Shown here piece after piece: positions 48,143 to 62,335 of a stretch of 64,000 nucleotides of DNA. The stretch covers positions 1-64,000 of the forward strand of contig MCFE01000070.1 in assembly GCA_002104905.1 (NCBI GenBank). The letters run 5' to 3'. Numbering within the stretch: the stretch's first letter is position 1; every line of letters begins with the position of its first letter. This DNA comes from Basidiobolus meristosporus CBS 931.73 (Eukaryota > Fungi > Basidiobolomycota). A program made the translations under genes and the position numbers. The notes beneath the pieces were generated by a model. The model was not told the DNA's origin. It made no database searches and saw only the letters and a program-made list of their open reading frames with translations.

Positions 48143-51100
48143 ATAGCATTCTTATTTGCTTGACAACCTGCAATATACTCAGCTGCACTTGTAGATAGGG
48201 CCACAGTTGGTTGCTTCTTGCAAATCCAAGTATTAGCTGCACCAGCATAAAGATTATATAGCTGGTGGTTGAGCATCTGTCAATCAGATCCCTACCCCAA
48301 TCTGAAGCACTACAACTGTCAGATTCTTGCCCATTTGCTGCCCTTGAGTATAACAGAACTATATTTATAGTGCCTGGTAGATATCTGAAAGTATGCTTAA
48401 CTACTGTGATTTGATCTGATCCATAATTTCTCATAAGTTGACCAACTATTGCAACTATCACTGCAACATTTGGTCATGTAGACAACATCTAGTACATCAG
48501 GCTACCAACCATTGATTGATAGGGAAGGTTTTGGCTCACAGTTAAGCCTTTCTCACCTAAAACTGGTTGAGATTTGCACAGTGTCAGGTTATTATCCTTG
48601 GCGGTACCTTCAGGCTTGCAAATTTCTATTTAGCAGCAGCAAGAATATTTCTGAAGTACTTAGACTGATTTAGCACAATACCTGTGTTGGTATGTCAAGT
48701 TTGACTGCAATTTCAAGAGAATGGCTCAATTTTCTGAGATCTTTCATCTCATATATGCCAAGGAGATCTCATTTTGTCTGTTTGAGTGCCTTCCGGTCAC
48801 TTCCAGCTATTATTACGTCTATCACATAAAGAACCTAGATGATCATACCCATTTTAAGCTGTTTCACATAAATACTGTGATATATGGTGCTACAAATGAA
48901 CTCAATCTTCTCATGATCTATTTCAATCTTGTTAAACTTTCATTTAGGTGCCTGCTTAAGCCCATACAGCACTTTTCTAAGTCTGCACATCTTAGGGAGC
49001 CATTTGGATTGGTAAAACATCTGGTTTCTCAATATATATATAGTTTCTGGCAGATCCCTATTTAGAAAGGCCATATCATGTCCACTTGGTGTATATCTAC
49101 ACTGTCTAGAGCTGCAAGGGCTAGAACTGCCCAAATGGAGCTAAGCTTGGCAACCAAGGCAAATGTTTCCTCAAAGTCTATGCCCTGAATATGCAAATAG
49201 TCTTTAGCCACCAGCCAAGACTTGTGCTTATCAATGTTACCACTTGAGGTTGTTTTGATCTTGTAGAGCCATCTACATCTTGTTGGCTTTCTCCCATTTG
49301 GTAAATGTACCAGTACTCATGTTTTTACCCTGATTAGAGATTAGTACTCCTCCTGCATGGCTTGTAGTGGCATCTGGACTTTGCATTGCCTGTTCTGGAT
49401 TCTGAGATTTGGCACATAAGGCAAGATAAGCATCTTCATGAGCAATGCATGTCTGCCACCAGGATCCAGGAGTTTTTTCTATTCTGGTAGATCTCCCAGC
49501 TGGGAAAATATGCCCTGATCTGGAACTGGTAGAACTATCTTCTGCATCTGGCTGAATGAGGTATGTATCTTCTTCATTAGTGTTGGTTGTGTTGTCAGGC
49601 ATCTAGCCAATGCTTTCAGTGGCTTTCTGATCTAAATTCTTCTCAAATAGAATGTTGCAGCTGTTGGTCAGCCTCTGTATATTGCCATCAAACACTCTAG
49701 AGCCTTTAGTATCCTTGCAATACCCGAAAAAATTCCCTTTTCTACTCTGTAGTTTCAATTTGGTCATTTTTTGTCAGATATGTGATAAAAACTTTGCTGC
49801 CAAGGATCCTGAGATGCTGAAGGTGTGGTTTTTTTGTATATGCTTCAAAGGGTGTAGAGTCATTGAGTGCTGGTGTTAATTATCTATTCTTGATTTGTAC
49901 TGCATTAGCAACAGATTCAGCCCAAAACTTGTAGTCCTTTCCCTTATCATGTAGTATAGATTTTCCCTCTTGTACTACTGTTCTATTTGCATGTTCTGCT
50001 ACTCCATTTTGTTGTGGAGTATGTGGAACAATGGTCTGTTGAAGTATACCTGTAAATAAGCAATTCTTTGCCAACTTTTTTGAGGAATATTCCCTCCATT
50101 GCCACTTCAAAGTACCTTCCATTTACACCCAGATTGTGTTTCTACCATGTTTTTGAAGTGCTTAAACGTCTTCAAAGCCTCATCCTTTCTCTTGAGGAAG
50201 TACCCCCATACATATCTTGTCTTGTCATCAATAAACATCACAAAGTATCTCTTGGCTCCAAAGGACAGTGTTCCCATAGGCCCACATATGTCTGATTGCA
50301 CAATAGCAAATATTTAGGTTGTGTTAGCACCTCCTGAGCTCCAGAAACAATGCTTAGCTTGTTTGTCATGTGATAGACCCTTACAGACACTTAATCTAAT
50401 TGGAATTGAGTGATTTAGGCCCAAAACAAACTGATTAATTATCCATTGGCTCATTTTCTGTTCTTTACTGTGTCCTAGCCTCCTATGCCATGTATCCCAG
50501 TTAGTTTCAACAGTTTTGGAAATATTGACATACTCCAGTACAATAACTTTGCATTGTAACCTGTAATATGATGATCTCTGCTTTCTGAAGCTATTTTTTG
50601 CCAATTTCCACTCAGTATTGCACAGCTCAACTTAGTAAAAGCAAACTTCAGTCCCTGAGCAGTTGCTTGACTGACTCAGAGCAGGTTGTTAGCTATTCCC
50701 GGCCCACAGAGTCCCTCAGTCAGTTTAGCTGTTGTTGCCCCTAAGATATCACTAATATTTAGCTGTATCAACCCACTGGCAGTGGCATCCAGTGCAGAGT
50801 TGTCTCCAAGATAATCCTTTCCTATGGGAATAGTCTTGAAGTTGCTGAGCCACTCCTTTATACCTGAAATATGCTGTGATGCTACAGGGTCAATGTATCA
50901 TTTGTTACTTCAATCACTTGCATTCTCTTGGACTGTCTAAAAAACTGCCCATTTGTATTTACATAATATGCCTGTTCTAGTTTCTGGTTTTTGTCTGCTT
51001 GTTCCTTACTGCATTTCTTGTCCAGTGTCCTGGCTCTGTATAGTAGTTACAGCAATCAGGTTTCTTTGATTTTGCTGCTTTCCATTCCATTTTTTTGCAT

Positions 51101-51760
51101 TTTTGAGCTATACAAAGTGTTATCTTAAATTTTCTCTACTTGATCATATTGTCCAAGTTCTTCATGGAGGAGTTTTTCTTTGACATAGACTAAAGTCAAA
51201 TTGTTTTTTCTGCATTCAGAAGAAAGTATGAGTGGATCATACTTGTCTGGTAAGCTGTACGCATATAGAGTATCTTTTCTTCAGTTCTTCTGCAAGTGTC
51301 TCCATTCTGGTAATGAGTTGTAGCACATCATCATCTGGCATCTTCCTCATATTGAACAAATTTTGTTTCAAATCAAGCATGCTTGACACAGACTCTGCTC
51401 TAAGGATCTTCTACATGGATTCACATGCTGCTTTGGCAGTAGTTGAAGCATGAATTTGTCCAATGAAGGAATCTTGAACATTAATGCATATGGCATTAAA
51501 GGCATTTCCCTCCTTCTCTGGAAGCTTCTCCATTTATTATGCTGCTCCTTTGGGCTCAATTTCTTCTCCTGTTACTATATATCAAAGCCTTCTGTCCTGT
51601 AGGTGGATCTTCCTCTTGAATCTCCAAAGTCTGTGGCTGATCCTATCACACCTCTCCTGTACAAGGAAAGTGATTGTATTGTTCTATTTGCTAGTAAAAG
51701 TCATCATTGGGATTGACTAAGGCAATTGGGACTCATATCCTGCTTCAATTTCAAACTGAT
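48143..51760 (-). mobile_element. Most complete Ty1/copia family B remnant (PBS, gag, PR, IN, RT, partial RNase H)
   Basis: GGATATGAGTCCC PBS-like; QSDICGPM; HTPQQNGVAE; CRLRKVLYGLKQAPK; DWGRDLIDR. Confidence 0.88.
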
Positions 51761-52289
51761 TTGAGCACAAGGCTTTGATGCCATCACATGAGTCATCAGC
51801 CACAGCCTACATTAGGAAATACAATTAGTCAGCAACTAATCTGGCAAAATGTATATAAGGAGCTGCTGGAACCTCAATAAAAATCAGTTCAAGTTTTAGT
51901 GAATACAATACTAGCTAAGCTCCCTATTCCTCTACAACTCTTATACCAAGAGTTGTAAAAAATGAGGCAATTGGATGAGGTGGCTAATAGAATAGATGCA
52001 ATGGCTTAGAGAAATCAGGCAATAGTACAGAGGTGGGATGAGTTGACAGTATATTTAGAGCAGCCAATGTCCAAGGTCAGTGTGCAGTATCTCTGCATCA
52101 AAGAAGGAACACAAGTAGCCCAATCTTACTAACCAGAGTTGAGCCATTTGCTAATTTAACTGCCAAGGAAAACCATACAAGCTTTAAAGCACAATAGCAG
52201 AGCCCAAAGACAAAGATTACAAAAGAATCCATCTTTACATTAGGGGGAGATAATGTGATATTTATATCACGGTGTAAGATTAAAAGACA

Positions 52290-53160
52290 TTGACAATCTG
52301 CAAAGATTCTGAGTGCAATGATGAGGAGTATGCTAATATTGAAGTGGCCATAAGAGTCTAGCATTTCATCATCCCAATGCTGGCATACCATGAAGCCATC
52401 AGAGACACAAGGTCAAGCAGAATGCACTATATCTTTCAATGATCATTATCCTGCATTTAAACAAGCAAGTGAACTATAGACAAGCATTGGTATGCTCAGA
52501 AGGTACCTCAAGAGTGGCAGAAACTATCAAAGGCAGAAGAACAGGGGTGCCAGGGCTAAAAGCCAGTGACTTCCTCAGCAAACTGTCACAGGCTTGGCTG
52601 ACAGCTTGATATAAGCAGAAAAGAAACATCAGGCAGCCAGGATATTGCCAGTAAGAAACAAGCAGGCAGAAACAGGCTCTCCAGTGCAGCATTCATCAAG
52701 AAGAAAACATAGGCTCAGTACAGGAAGCACTCAGGCAAAGTAGCAATGAAGGACCTAGCTGTAATAAAACCATCAGCTCCCTCAGATGCCTGTTATTAAC
52801 TGGATTGAAAGATCAAAATGAATGCCAAAGAAATGTCTGGTGGCTGGAGGATTTTCTGTAGGAGACATGCAGACAGCAACAGATGCACCAGAGCAGCTTT
52901 TGTCAAGGAGAAGTAGGGTAGAATACAAGAAGCACTGTGTCAATATAGCAGTGAAAAACCTAGCAGTGACATAGTCAAAGTTGATGGGGCAAAAGTCTAC
53001 CAAAGCCAGAGACAGAGAAATCTGAGACAAAACTGCAGGTCTCAGCAAATAGTGCAATTGGCCCAGAGAATGCTGAGTCCCATCATAGTGGAGAGATATT
53101 ACCAACAAGACAACAGCTATTTTTGCAAGGGGTGGAAGTGCAGCCAGTTGAGCCACACTC
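52290..53160 (+). repeat. Repeat family D, copy 2
   Basis: Shared blocks such as agaaggtacctcaagagtggcagaaactatcaaaggc. Confidence 0.6.
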
Positions 53161-54599
53161 CAGTGAGTTAGATAAGTTTGCAGAGAAAATTAATTTGTCC
53201 ATCACTACCTCTGCATCCTGCAATACAGATGATGTGGAGATCTTACTGACAGACAAAGTAACAACATCAAGAGCTTATAATAAGCTCACAAAACTATCAT
53301 AAGGCCTACAATAAAATTTTGGAACGCCATTAAGGACACCAAGAGGTTACAGCACTTCTTTCAGTGCAGTACTCCAGATAATGCACTTGATTATTGTAAA
53401 AATCTATTGCAAAACTGGCAGATGTAGTGCGTGAGCCTGCAGTACTAGCTGAAGACAAAGAAGTATGGGAACCAGTGAATGAACAATGACATAAAGCCAT
53501 ATAGTTCCCTCAAAAGTTATGAAAAATGGGCTACAGCAGAAATACTTATTGAAAGGTGAACTATATGAAGTTACTTGTTGAGTGTGGGGTGGAACCTAAT
53601 ATTGGTGTATGGTAGAGGGACTTGCCAAAGTTAGAGAAATAGGCAATTAAGGTATGCTGAAGTTTCAATCAAAATAAACTAATTTATATATATGAAAAGT
53701 AAGAAAATCAGTTGAGTGAGATAGTAAGCAGTGTGAAAAAGCGGCAATAGCTAAGCAATGTACACACCCATAGAAGGTAATTGAGTGTTGGGGCTCTGAA
53801 ATTGAGAAAATGGGCTGAAAGTCAATTGAAAGCCACTTACATATTGTATTCATGAAAAATTTTTACCAAGTTGTTCATGAGATCTGAAGCAGAATGATTT
53901 TCTTTTGGTATTTGCATATTATTCTGCCAGGATCAATACCTTGTGGGCACAAAATTTTAATTTTGTATTGGTCTTTTGATGGGTTCCTCACAAGTACTTC
54001 TCTTAGGGGACATCAGATGATCATGAAAATCAAATCTCAAGCTTAACAATATTCAGGATTGAATCCTAGCAAAACAATGGTATTTACTTATTGTTGGATG
54101 CTTCTGTAATACCAGTCAAGCCTGAATTAGAGTCTGAGAATATCCCTGAAGTGGATATACAAGTAACACAAAGCTGGTATCCAATGGGGCTAAACATGGC
54201 TTGTATCACTACATCATCAATGAGAAAGTGTAGCCTATGCCTATTTAGTCCATATAAGTAAGTATAAGACTCTAAAGGAGACCCTAAATAGCCCTCAAAC
54301 AAGGTTTCAAAGATCTGCAAAGACTGAGTAACATCAAGCACTGATGGGAAATCAAGTTTAGGACTCAGTAAATATACTAATTGGTCACAAATAAATTTGA
54401 CACAGATAGTGCTGATAGTATAACTGAAAGATAAATGCCATACTTGTGGCTATACAATACTTGCAAAGAATGGGACTGTAATGCACTGAGCCTTTGTACC
54501 AGTAGCTAAGCTTAATTCCATCAGACCAACATAGGCTATGGTTGCCAGATATATATTTTCTATGCACCAATTGAATATTAAGACTGCATTGTGAATGAT

Positions 54600-54800
54600 T
54601 AACCTGATAAGACCATGTGTGAGCAAGCCTGATGGATTGACTGATCAAGATAGCACCCACATAGTCTGCAAGCTCAGAAAATCCCTGTATGTGGCCAAAA
54701 AATCATCAATGCCCTGGAATTGCAAAATAAATCCATACTTGCTAGCTTTAAGTTCCAAAAGAAGTTGCACTTATAGCAGTTTCTGCTATATGTCTGGTGG
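54600..54800 (+). mobile_element. Copia RT fragment
   Basis: KPDGLTDQDSTHIVCKLRKSLY. Confidence 0.7.
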
Positions 54801-55425
54801 AGCAGATCCAGCTATATGGCTATTGCTGGAATTTTCACTCTGCAGAATAGTAACAACAAAGGGCTTAGTACAGTCTAGGTAGGTTAAGGTGGGAGCTTGT
54901 GGATGCAGTTCTCAGCACAACTCCAAGGCTTGGCCATAATTCTTGTTCTAGGCTGAGGGAAGATTAGGACTATGGTACAATGCCTTGAAAGGGGCACTGA
55001 GTGAGAACATGAGTGGTATGTGCTCACTGAATTAGTTATATACTCCAACACAATCTTAAAGTTGCTTAGCACCAGTAGTTTTTGCCTATTTAGGAATATT
55101 AAACAGTATAAGAGGTTCTAGTTGGCAGCCAGCTGGTATGACTATAAATCAAAGTAGAGTAGTTTTGAGGCAAGCAAAACTGCAATTTTCAGCACTGCAA
55201 ATTGGTCCAGCAGTGTGGTGATGTAGCAGTAAGCCTAGGGGTAGCTACACCACCCAAAATGTGAGGGGTCTAATGGGTACAATAAAATCTGGGTCCAAAC
55301 TGCTGGCATCTTAATCATTATAGTAATATGGCAAAAGCTCCCACTTCTAGCTTCCTGAAAGCTCCAAGTGTTTCCAGCAGCCTCTGTGTGTTGTGTCCAC
55401 TACCCTGAAAGGCTTCTTGATGGCA

Positions 55426-55793
55426 TGTTATGATCTGCTGCTTGAATATGTAAGTTAGATCAGTTTTTAGTCAAATCAATTAGTATATGTTTAGGTTATC
55501 ACTATAACAGTATTATCTACAAAATCAGTAGCATTAGACAGCAAATGAATCAGCAGATCCTTATCAGACAGAAATAGATATATTAAGTAGGATCTTATTG
55601 GGTGATGAAGATGCAAGCAAATGAGTTATCAGCCACAACCTACATTAGGAAATACAATTAGTCAGCAATTGATTTGACAAAATGTATATAAGGAGCATCT
55701 GGAACCTCAATAAAGACCAGTTCAAGTTTTAGTGAATACAATACTAGCTAAACTCCCTATTCCTCTACAACTCTTATAACAAGACTTGTAACA
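55426..55793 (+). mobile_element. LTR family C (full copy; a partial copy lies at ~51785-51960)
   Basis: TGTTAT...TGTAACA termini; internal TATAA and AATAAA. Confidence 0.72.
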
Positions 55794-56757
55794 GAAGGTA
55801 TGAGGTGCAACTGCTGAAGGTAGGTACAATGATTAACTCCTCATCAATAAGGGGAAAGTGTTACTGATTGAAGGGATGATTTGTGGATGAGGGACTGACT
55901 TTCCACAAATACTTCTCCTGATTGGCAAGTGATTACTAATGACAAGGTTCTAGAAGATTCCAGCATCAGTAAATTACTTAATGACATCACTACAAGCTAA
56001 GAGTACTTTGAGAAAGTTTTGAAAAGTTTTAAAAGGCACAGCATATCCTTCCAGTAGGAGATCAGGAGTCTGAAACCTTTGTAACAATGAGACACCATTG
56101 ATGGCACAGACATAGTAGGGATGATAACACAACACTATGTCATTTGTCATAGATACTGTTGTGGGTACTTGCCTCATGTAGATACAACTGGTAAACACAA
56201 AGCTGAGTAATATGTGGGATACCTATGCTGATAACTCATTGGGCAAACACCACATGGATATTTTATTAATAACTTGGGCAAGAATTAATGGGATAATACT
56301 AATAAAATAAAATATGAATAAGTGCATATTTATAGCTATACAGAAATGCTTGTCTGTGGGAGATATGATTACCCTACCACAACAGCTGTCAGTATATTGA
56401 TTATATCAGATACATGAGTTGCCTAATCATCACAGTTTGTGGAAAGTATGTTGCCATCATTAACAAATATAAGGGCAAACAACTTATTCTTGAATATTGT
56501 TGTGCTGACTTGCTGCAACTTGCTGATAAGTGTCTTTAGGCTGAAGCAAGCTCTTGGATACATCCTCTGATTATTGTTCCACACAAAGGCAGTCTTTGGC
56601 TAATGATTGAGATGGATCCAGAGTCAGTGATATGCATGTAACAAGTCTAACTTAGAGTATACTCTTGCTCTGGCTAGTGAGGAGAAGATATCCTGAATTC
56701 TTGGAACTTGAAGTTAGTCATCTTGGAGAAGTTCCCTTAAAGGTTTGGGGTCCAGTC

Positions 56758-56919
56758 TGTTGTAAGAGTCTTGGAGATATTGGAAGAGACCTGATATTTT
56801 GCTGAAAAATTCTTAGAAATCCAATACAGATATTGTATGTATTCTCTAGGATTTGTAGGTATTGATCCAAGTGACTAAGTTTGGTGAATTTTCATATGGA
56901 ATTACAAGTTTATACAACA
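56758..56919 (-). mobile_element. Internally deleted solo LTR (family A)
   Basis: Both termini retained; imperfect target duplication CAGTC/CAGAC. Confidence 0.75.
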
Positions 56920-59199
56920 CAGACAGGGCCTCTTCAGAGTTAGATTTCCATCAGCATCCTTCTTAGGTGCAAGTATTAAAGTGCTGTTGAAAGGTGTATT
57001 GACAGTGGCTTGAGTGATATTCATGATTGGTCCATTTTTAGACTATCTGATCAACCAAGTGTTTACATGAATGTGCAATGGCTACAGCCTCCTCAATGCT
57101 GACTCACCAGGTGGGGTTTCTGGCGTAACAATTGATTCTGGAATAGTGCAGAAACTGTTCCTTGGAATGGCTTGGTTTCTCTCATTGGCCAAGTGAGTAT
57201 CCAGTTTAAAAAATTGATAATATGCCTGAAAGTTAGGGTTAACTTTTCTTCTTTGGGTAAGGATGAGATTTATTATGGATGGCTGAGATATAGTGATTTG
57301 AGGATAAGAAATTGGTAGTCTGCATATGTGTAACCATGGTTGGTCAGAGTATCTAAATTGATGACTACCTGAGGTCCATCTGGAATGTCGATAGTTTGCT
57401 TATCATGAAATATAGTTGTTGAGCAATAATGTAGGTTTATTGCACTAGTAATACTCACTCTTGGGGCTGTGAGAGGCCATAAGCTGTAAGGATGATTTTT
57501 CTTGGTTGTTTTCTATTCCAAGCTGAAATATTAGACTAAGTTAGGTAATACAATAGACTTGGATGATCCAGTATCTATTAGTGCTACCTATGACTGGCCA
57601 TGGAGGGCAAGCAGTACCTCTTTGGCTTTTAGCTCTGTGATTAGCTACTACTACACTTGAGCAGTTGCAACTCTAGCTGGAAATTCAAAGAAGTTGTGAT
57701 AATTCTGAGCCGCAAGTTCATCATATGCTTCCTCATATATTGTCATATTGTTGGTTGAAAGATCATCTAGAATCTGAGTAACTTTTGCCAATGGTGTAGA
57801 GTACCTCCCAGAACAAGCCAGTGATTTTTGTCCCATCTATGCACAGTTAAAGCATTTGTCATCAGTATATGGATTATCATTTTTAGTGCTATGCTGCTTC
57901 TCTGAGGTATTTCTTGACTTGTTTGACTGATTGTAGATTTTTGCATTGAATGATAGGATGATAGCACCTTGTATAAAGCTCACAGTACTTGGTAACAGCC
58001 AACTTTGTCGCGGTCACCTGATTGATATCTTCTCTGGTTGTTGCTGGAGATTGAGCGGCCTTACACAAAATATGGCTGACAGCTGCAGTCATAGCAATTG
58101 CAGGTGTACATATCTCCAAGATTTTGTCATAAATACATGTAGGGCTGTATGCTTTGACAATATTAATACTGCTCTGCAGCTAGTGTGAAAAGTATGAAAG
58201 AAAATGAAAAGTATGCAATTGATTATCATCACTAATTCCTGCTAATCTCATCTGTATCTGGAATCTTTCACAGAAGTGTTGAATAGACCACCTTTTTGCA
58301 CTTTAGTTTCCCATAAGTTGCAGCTCAGATGTGCTTTTTTGAGGGGATCTTGAATATGGCTGCAAAAGTGGCTCTGGGCAATTTCCCTATAAAAAATAAT
58401 TGTGGTCAGCCCATTAAGAGGTCCACACAGACCTAAGTCCCCTGAATAAGTGGCATGGATCCTGTCAGGACACCATGCAAAGACCATTAAAATGCTATTG
58501 CACTCCAGATTTCACAAAAAACTTAATCAAAATATCTCATCACAACAATGAACAAGTGGCCTTTGATTAGTACTCTATCAATTCTCTCACTTTGTGATCC
58601 TGAAACACAATCACATTCTATGTTTGTGTACATTTATTGGCTAATGCCTCTTTTTCACACCCCTTGCTTAAAGACTCAATCAACTCTCTTACTTTTCTTG
58701 CATACAAACTGATATATTACTACTGTAACCTGAGTTGTACCTCAACTGCAAATTGTAGTGACCTCTACAAGTCCCTATACTCAGCACTAATATTAAGCCA
58801 GTTCCACACCCAACATGCAACTTTATGAAAATCAGCTATTCAATAAGTATTTTTGCCATATTACTCTTTTTCCATGACTTTGGCTGGAACCTGGTGGCTT
58901 TCTGCCACTGTTCATTCACTGATTCCCATACATCCTGGGCTTCAGCTGGGACTGCAAGGATTAGCACCTCATCTACTAGTCTGTTTAGCAAATCCTTACA
59001 ATACTCACTTGTGCTCTATTGACCACTACTTTTGGAGGATTGCTGCAACCTCTTAGTGTGCTTATTTGTGTTCCAAAGCTCCACTGTAGGCATTGCAATA
59101 GTTGTTTGAGTTCTTGAAGTTGTGCTTAGTCTGTCAGTGAGGTCTCCACTCTGTCAATAATGAATTATATGGAGGCAGTGGTGGACAAATCACTTTTTG

Positions 59200-60150
59200 T
59201 GGCAAACTCATCTACCTCACAGGAGTGTAGCTCAATTGGCTGCACTTCCTACACTTGAGACAACATTAGATGTCTTGTTGGTAATTCTTTTTGGCAATGA
59301 TAGGATTCAGCCTGTTCTGAGCTGAGAGTACTAAATGGTGAGAACAGCAGCTTTTTTATCATGCATCCATGTCTCTGGCCATGGTAGACCTTTTTCTCAA
59401 TACCTTTAGCATGCTCACTCTTGAGTCTTTCACTTTAACATTAATGAGTGCATCTTGTTTTGTACTCTGCTTTCTCACTGAAGAATGCTGCACTGGTGTA
59501 TCCTGTTTGCCTGCTAGTTCCTTGCTGACACTCTAACAGCAACCTGACATTTCTTTGCTGCTTGTTTGGAACTTCCAGACCAACTTGAGACAGGCCCTTG
59601 AGACAGTCATGTAATTCTATCTCTGTCAAATCCCTCACATCTACTGTGACTGAGTGCATCTTTTATTGAACTATGCTTTCTCCTTGATAAATGCACTACT
59701 GAGGCACCTATTTCTTCCTCACTGTCCTTTACAAGCACTGATCTGGCTACATGACATTGCTTTTCTGCCTGTTTGGAGCGTTCAGTTCAGCTTGTCACAA
59801 GCTCTTGAGGAAGCCACAGGCCTTTGGCTGTGGCACCCATATTCTTGTGCCTTTGATAATTTCTGCTATTCTTGAGATACTTTCTTAGCATTCCAATGCT
59901 GGCTCAAAATCTATTTTCTGGCTCAAATCCAGGATAATGGTCATAGAACAGGTCAAGCACATTATGCTTAGCCTTGAGTCTTGATGGTTCCATAGGATGC
60001 TGGTCTTAGGGTTGTACTTTGGTAGACTTAGTAAGCATCTTGAATATTAGCTTGCTGCTCATCATTGCACTCAACAGCTTCATAGATCTTGAATGTTCTT
60101 TGATTATTAGGCATAGACATAAGTGCCACCATCTCTCCCCACCACCATGT
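59200..60150 (-). repeat. Repeat family D, copy 3 (inverted)
   Basis: Reverse complement aligns to 52290-53160. Confidence 0.6.
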
Positions 60151-60557
60151 GGTAGCTTTTATGTGAGTTTTATCTTTGGGCACCATTGATGAGCTTCAAG
60201 GACTGCATGGTGTATCTCTGCTGTTACATTGGGAAATGGCTCAATTCTTGGCTGCAACAATGGGCTACTTGAGTTCCTTGTTTGCAGCAAAGATACTGTT
60301 TTCTCTGCATGTGACTTGCGCTACCCATATTATTGGCTCATCCTGTTTCTGGACTACTCCCTGATTTCTCCAGGCCATTGCATCTATCCTATCAGCCACT
60401 GTACCTAACTTCCTCATTAATGCTCTGGCATGGGCTGACAGCATACTTTCTAATATGCATGTTGGTGATGGTGTAACAGCCACTTGCTGGTCTTCATTCA
60501 AGGGTTATTGCCTTTGCTATATTCTCATCTGGCTGAACATTATTGTCAGCTTGTATA

Positions 60558-61294
60558 TTAGACTTGTTCCGTTGGATAGTGCCACATTGAGCCATGAGTG
60601 CCAAATGATGCCATAATGTGCCAGAGAGGCTAATTGAGCCTCTACCTGGCCACAGGGTGTGAAACATAGCTCCGCATCTTCATGCAAAGCAGCCCCTGTG
60701 TTTAACCCATTGTGTTGGAGAAAATCCATTTTTTGACCTTTTTTTTGGATCAATGTTGTGCAGGATATGTTAGAGCACAAGCAGATTGAAGACATGCATC
60801 TGGTACTCATTACCCATGGCACTCTGAATCTAGCTCCTGTAGCTTGTATCATGTCACAAAAATGAATGGCACTATCTTGGTCCACTAGTACTATCTGGCA
60901 CTATATTTAAATATTTGCCCTAAAGTAAGATCTATACAAAGCACTTATAGTGCCAGATAGTACTAGTGGACCAAGATAGTGCCATTCATTTTTGTGACAT
61001 GATACAAGCTACAGGAGCTAGATTCAGAGTGCCATGGGTAATGAGTACCAGATGCATGTCTTCAGTTCTCCTGTGCTCTTACACATCCTGAGCTACATTG
61101 ATCCACAAAAAAAGGTCAAAAAAAAGATTTTCTCCTGCGCAATGGGTGAAACACAGGGGCTGCTTTACATGAAGATGCAAAGCTATGTTTCACACTCTGT
61201 GGCCAAGTGTAGGCTCACTTGACCTCTCTAGCACACTATGGCATCATTTGGCATGCATGGCTCAATGTGGCACTATCCAACAGAACAAGTCTAT
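60558..61294. mobile_element. Fold-back palindromic element, copy 2 (737 bp)
   Basis: Same length, termini and loop as copy 1; TA flanks. Confidence 0.9.
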
Positions 61295-62335
61295 TATGCA
61301 AGAAGTGTATGATTAAATTGGAACGGCTATATCACATGCGTAAAGCTGCATGTGTAGTTTCATATTGCTACTGTATCCATTCTCTACTCTAACTTGCTTA
61401 GTTTGTGGAAAATTTTGGGCCTTGCTTCACCTTTTAGGAGTTTCCTATGAGGCAAAGGTGTGGGGAGATTGGAAGACAAGTCAAGCTGCAGGTACCACAA
61501 TATCCCAAACTCATCAAGAATATTACCTTTAAGTGCATCATGCCATCATGGATGCAATAAGCTGGCAAATTGTAGACAGCCAGGAAGAGTTGGAAGATAC
61601 TAAGGACAGATGTGCATATGAGTTACTTATGCCTTTGGCATTAAGAAGCTAAGTGGCCCCAATGCATGCACAATCAGTGAGCTATGCAAAGTTGGGTTGG
61701 GTGCAACAAGTAACTAATTCTTATCAGGGCAACTTTACCATAGTATGCTAGGCTTCTCCTGGTCACATGCCAACTTCTACACAATCAATACAGAATCAAC
61801 ACAAACAAGAGCCAGAGCTTGCCTACAAAGTGGACAAGATTTCAGCAGGGAGAAGGAATATATTGGATAAATACCAAGAGGTTCTTTGTAGATACTCAGG
61901 GGTTACTGAGGGTAAAACTTGTGGCACCAAGTGTATGCTTGCAAGATGTATATGTTACCAGCAACACAATGTACATGGCAACCTTGCAAGTATCACACTA
62001 AAAAGCCACAGTGTTCCGGTGGTACCAGTGCATTAATTGCAGCATGTATGCATGTATGTAGAGGTTAGTATGCAGGAGCCCATGGTTTTCTTTGGATTTG
62101 ATTACTAATATCAAATATTTTGTGATCACTGGCTTGTATTGGCTTAATTTGGATTTCAAAAAGAATGTGTTGTTTGGATCATGGCAAGTGATAGCTATTC
62201 AATGCATTGCATCATCTTCTCCTAGGTCTTTTTCTTACAAGGATTACTACTGATGCATATGATAGCAATCTACTTTGCACACCTAAACTACTTCCTTGTT
62301 GACTATCATCTTAGGGGCTTGTGTGATTGTAGTCA

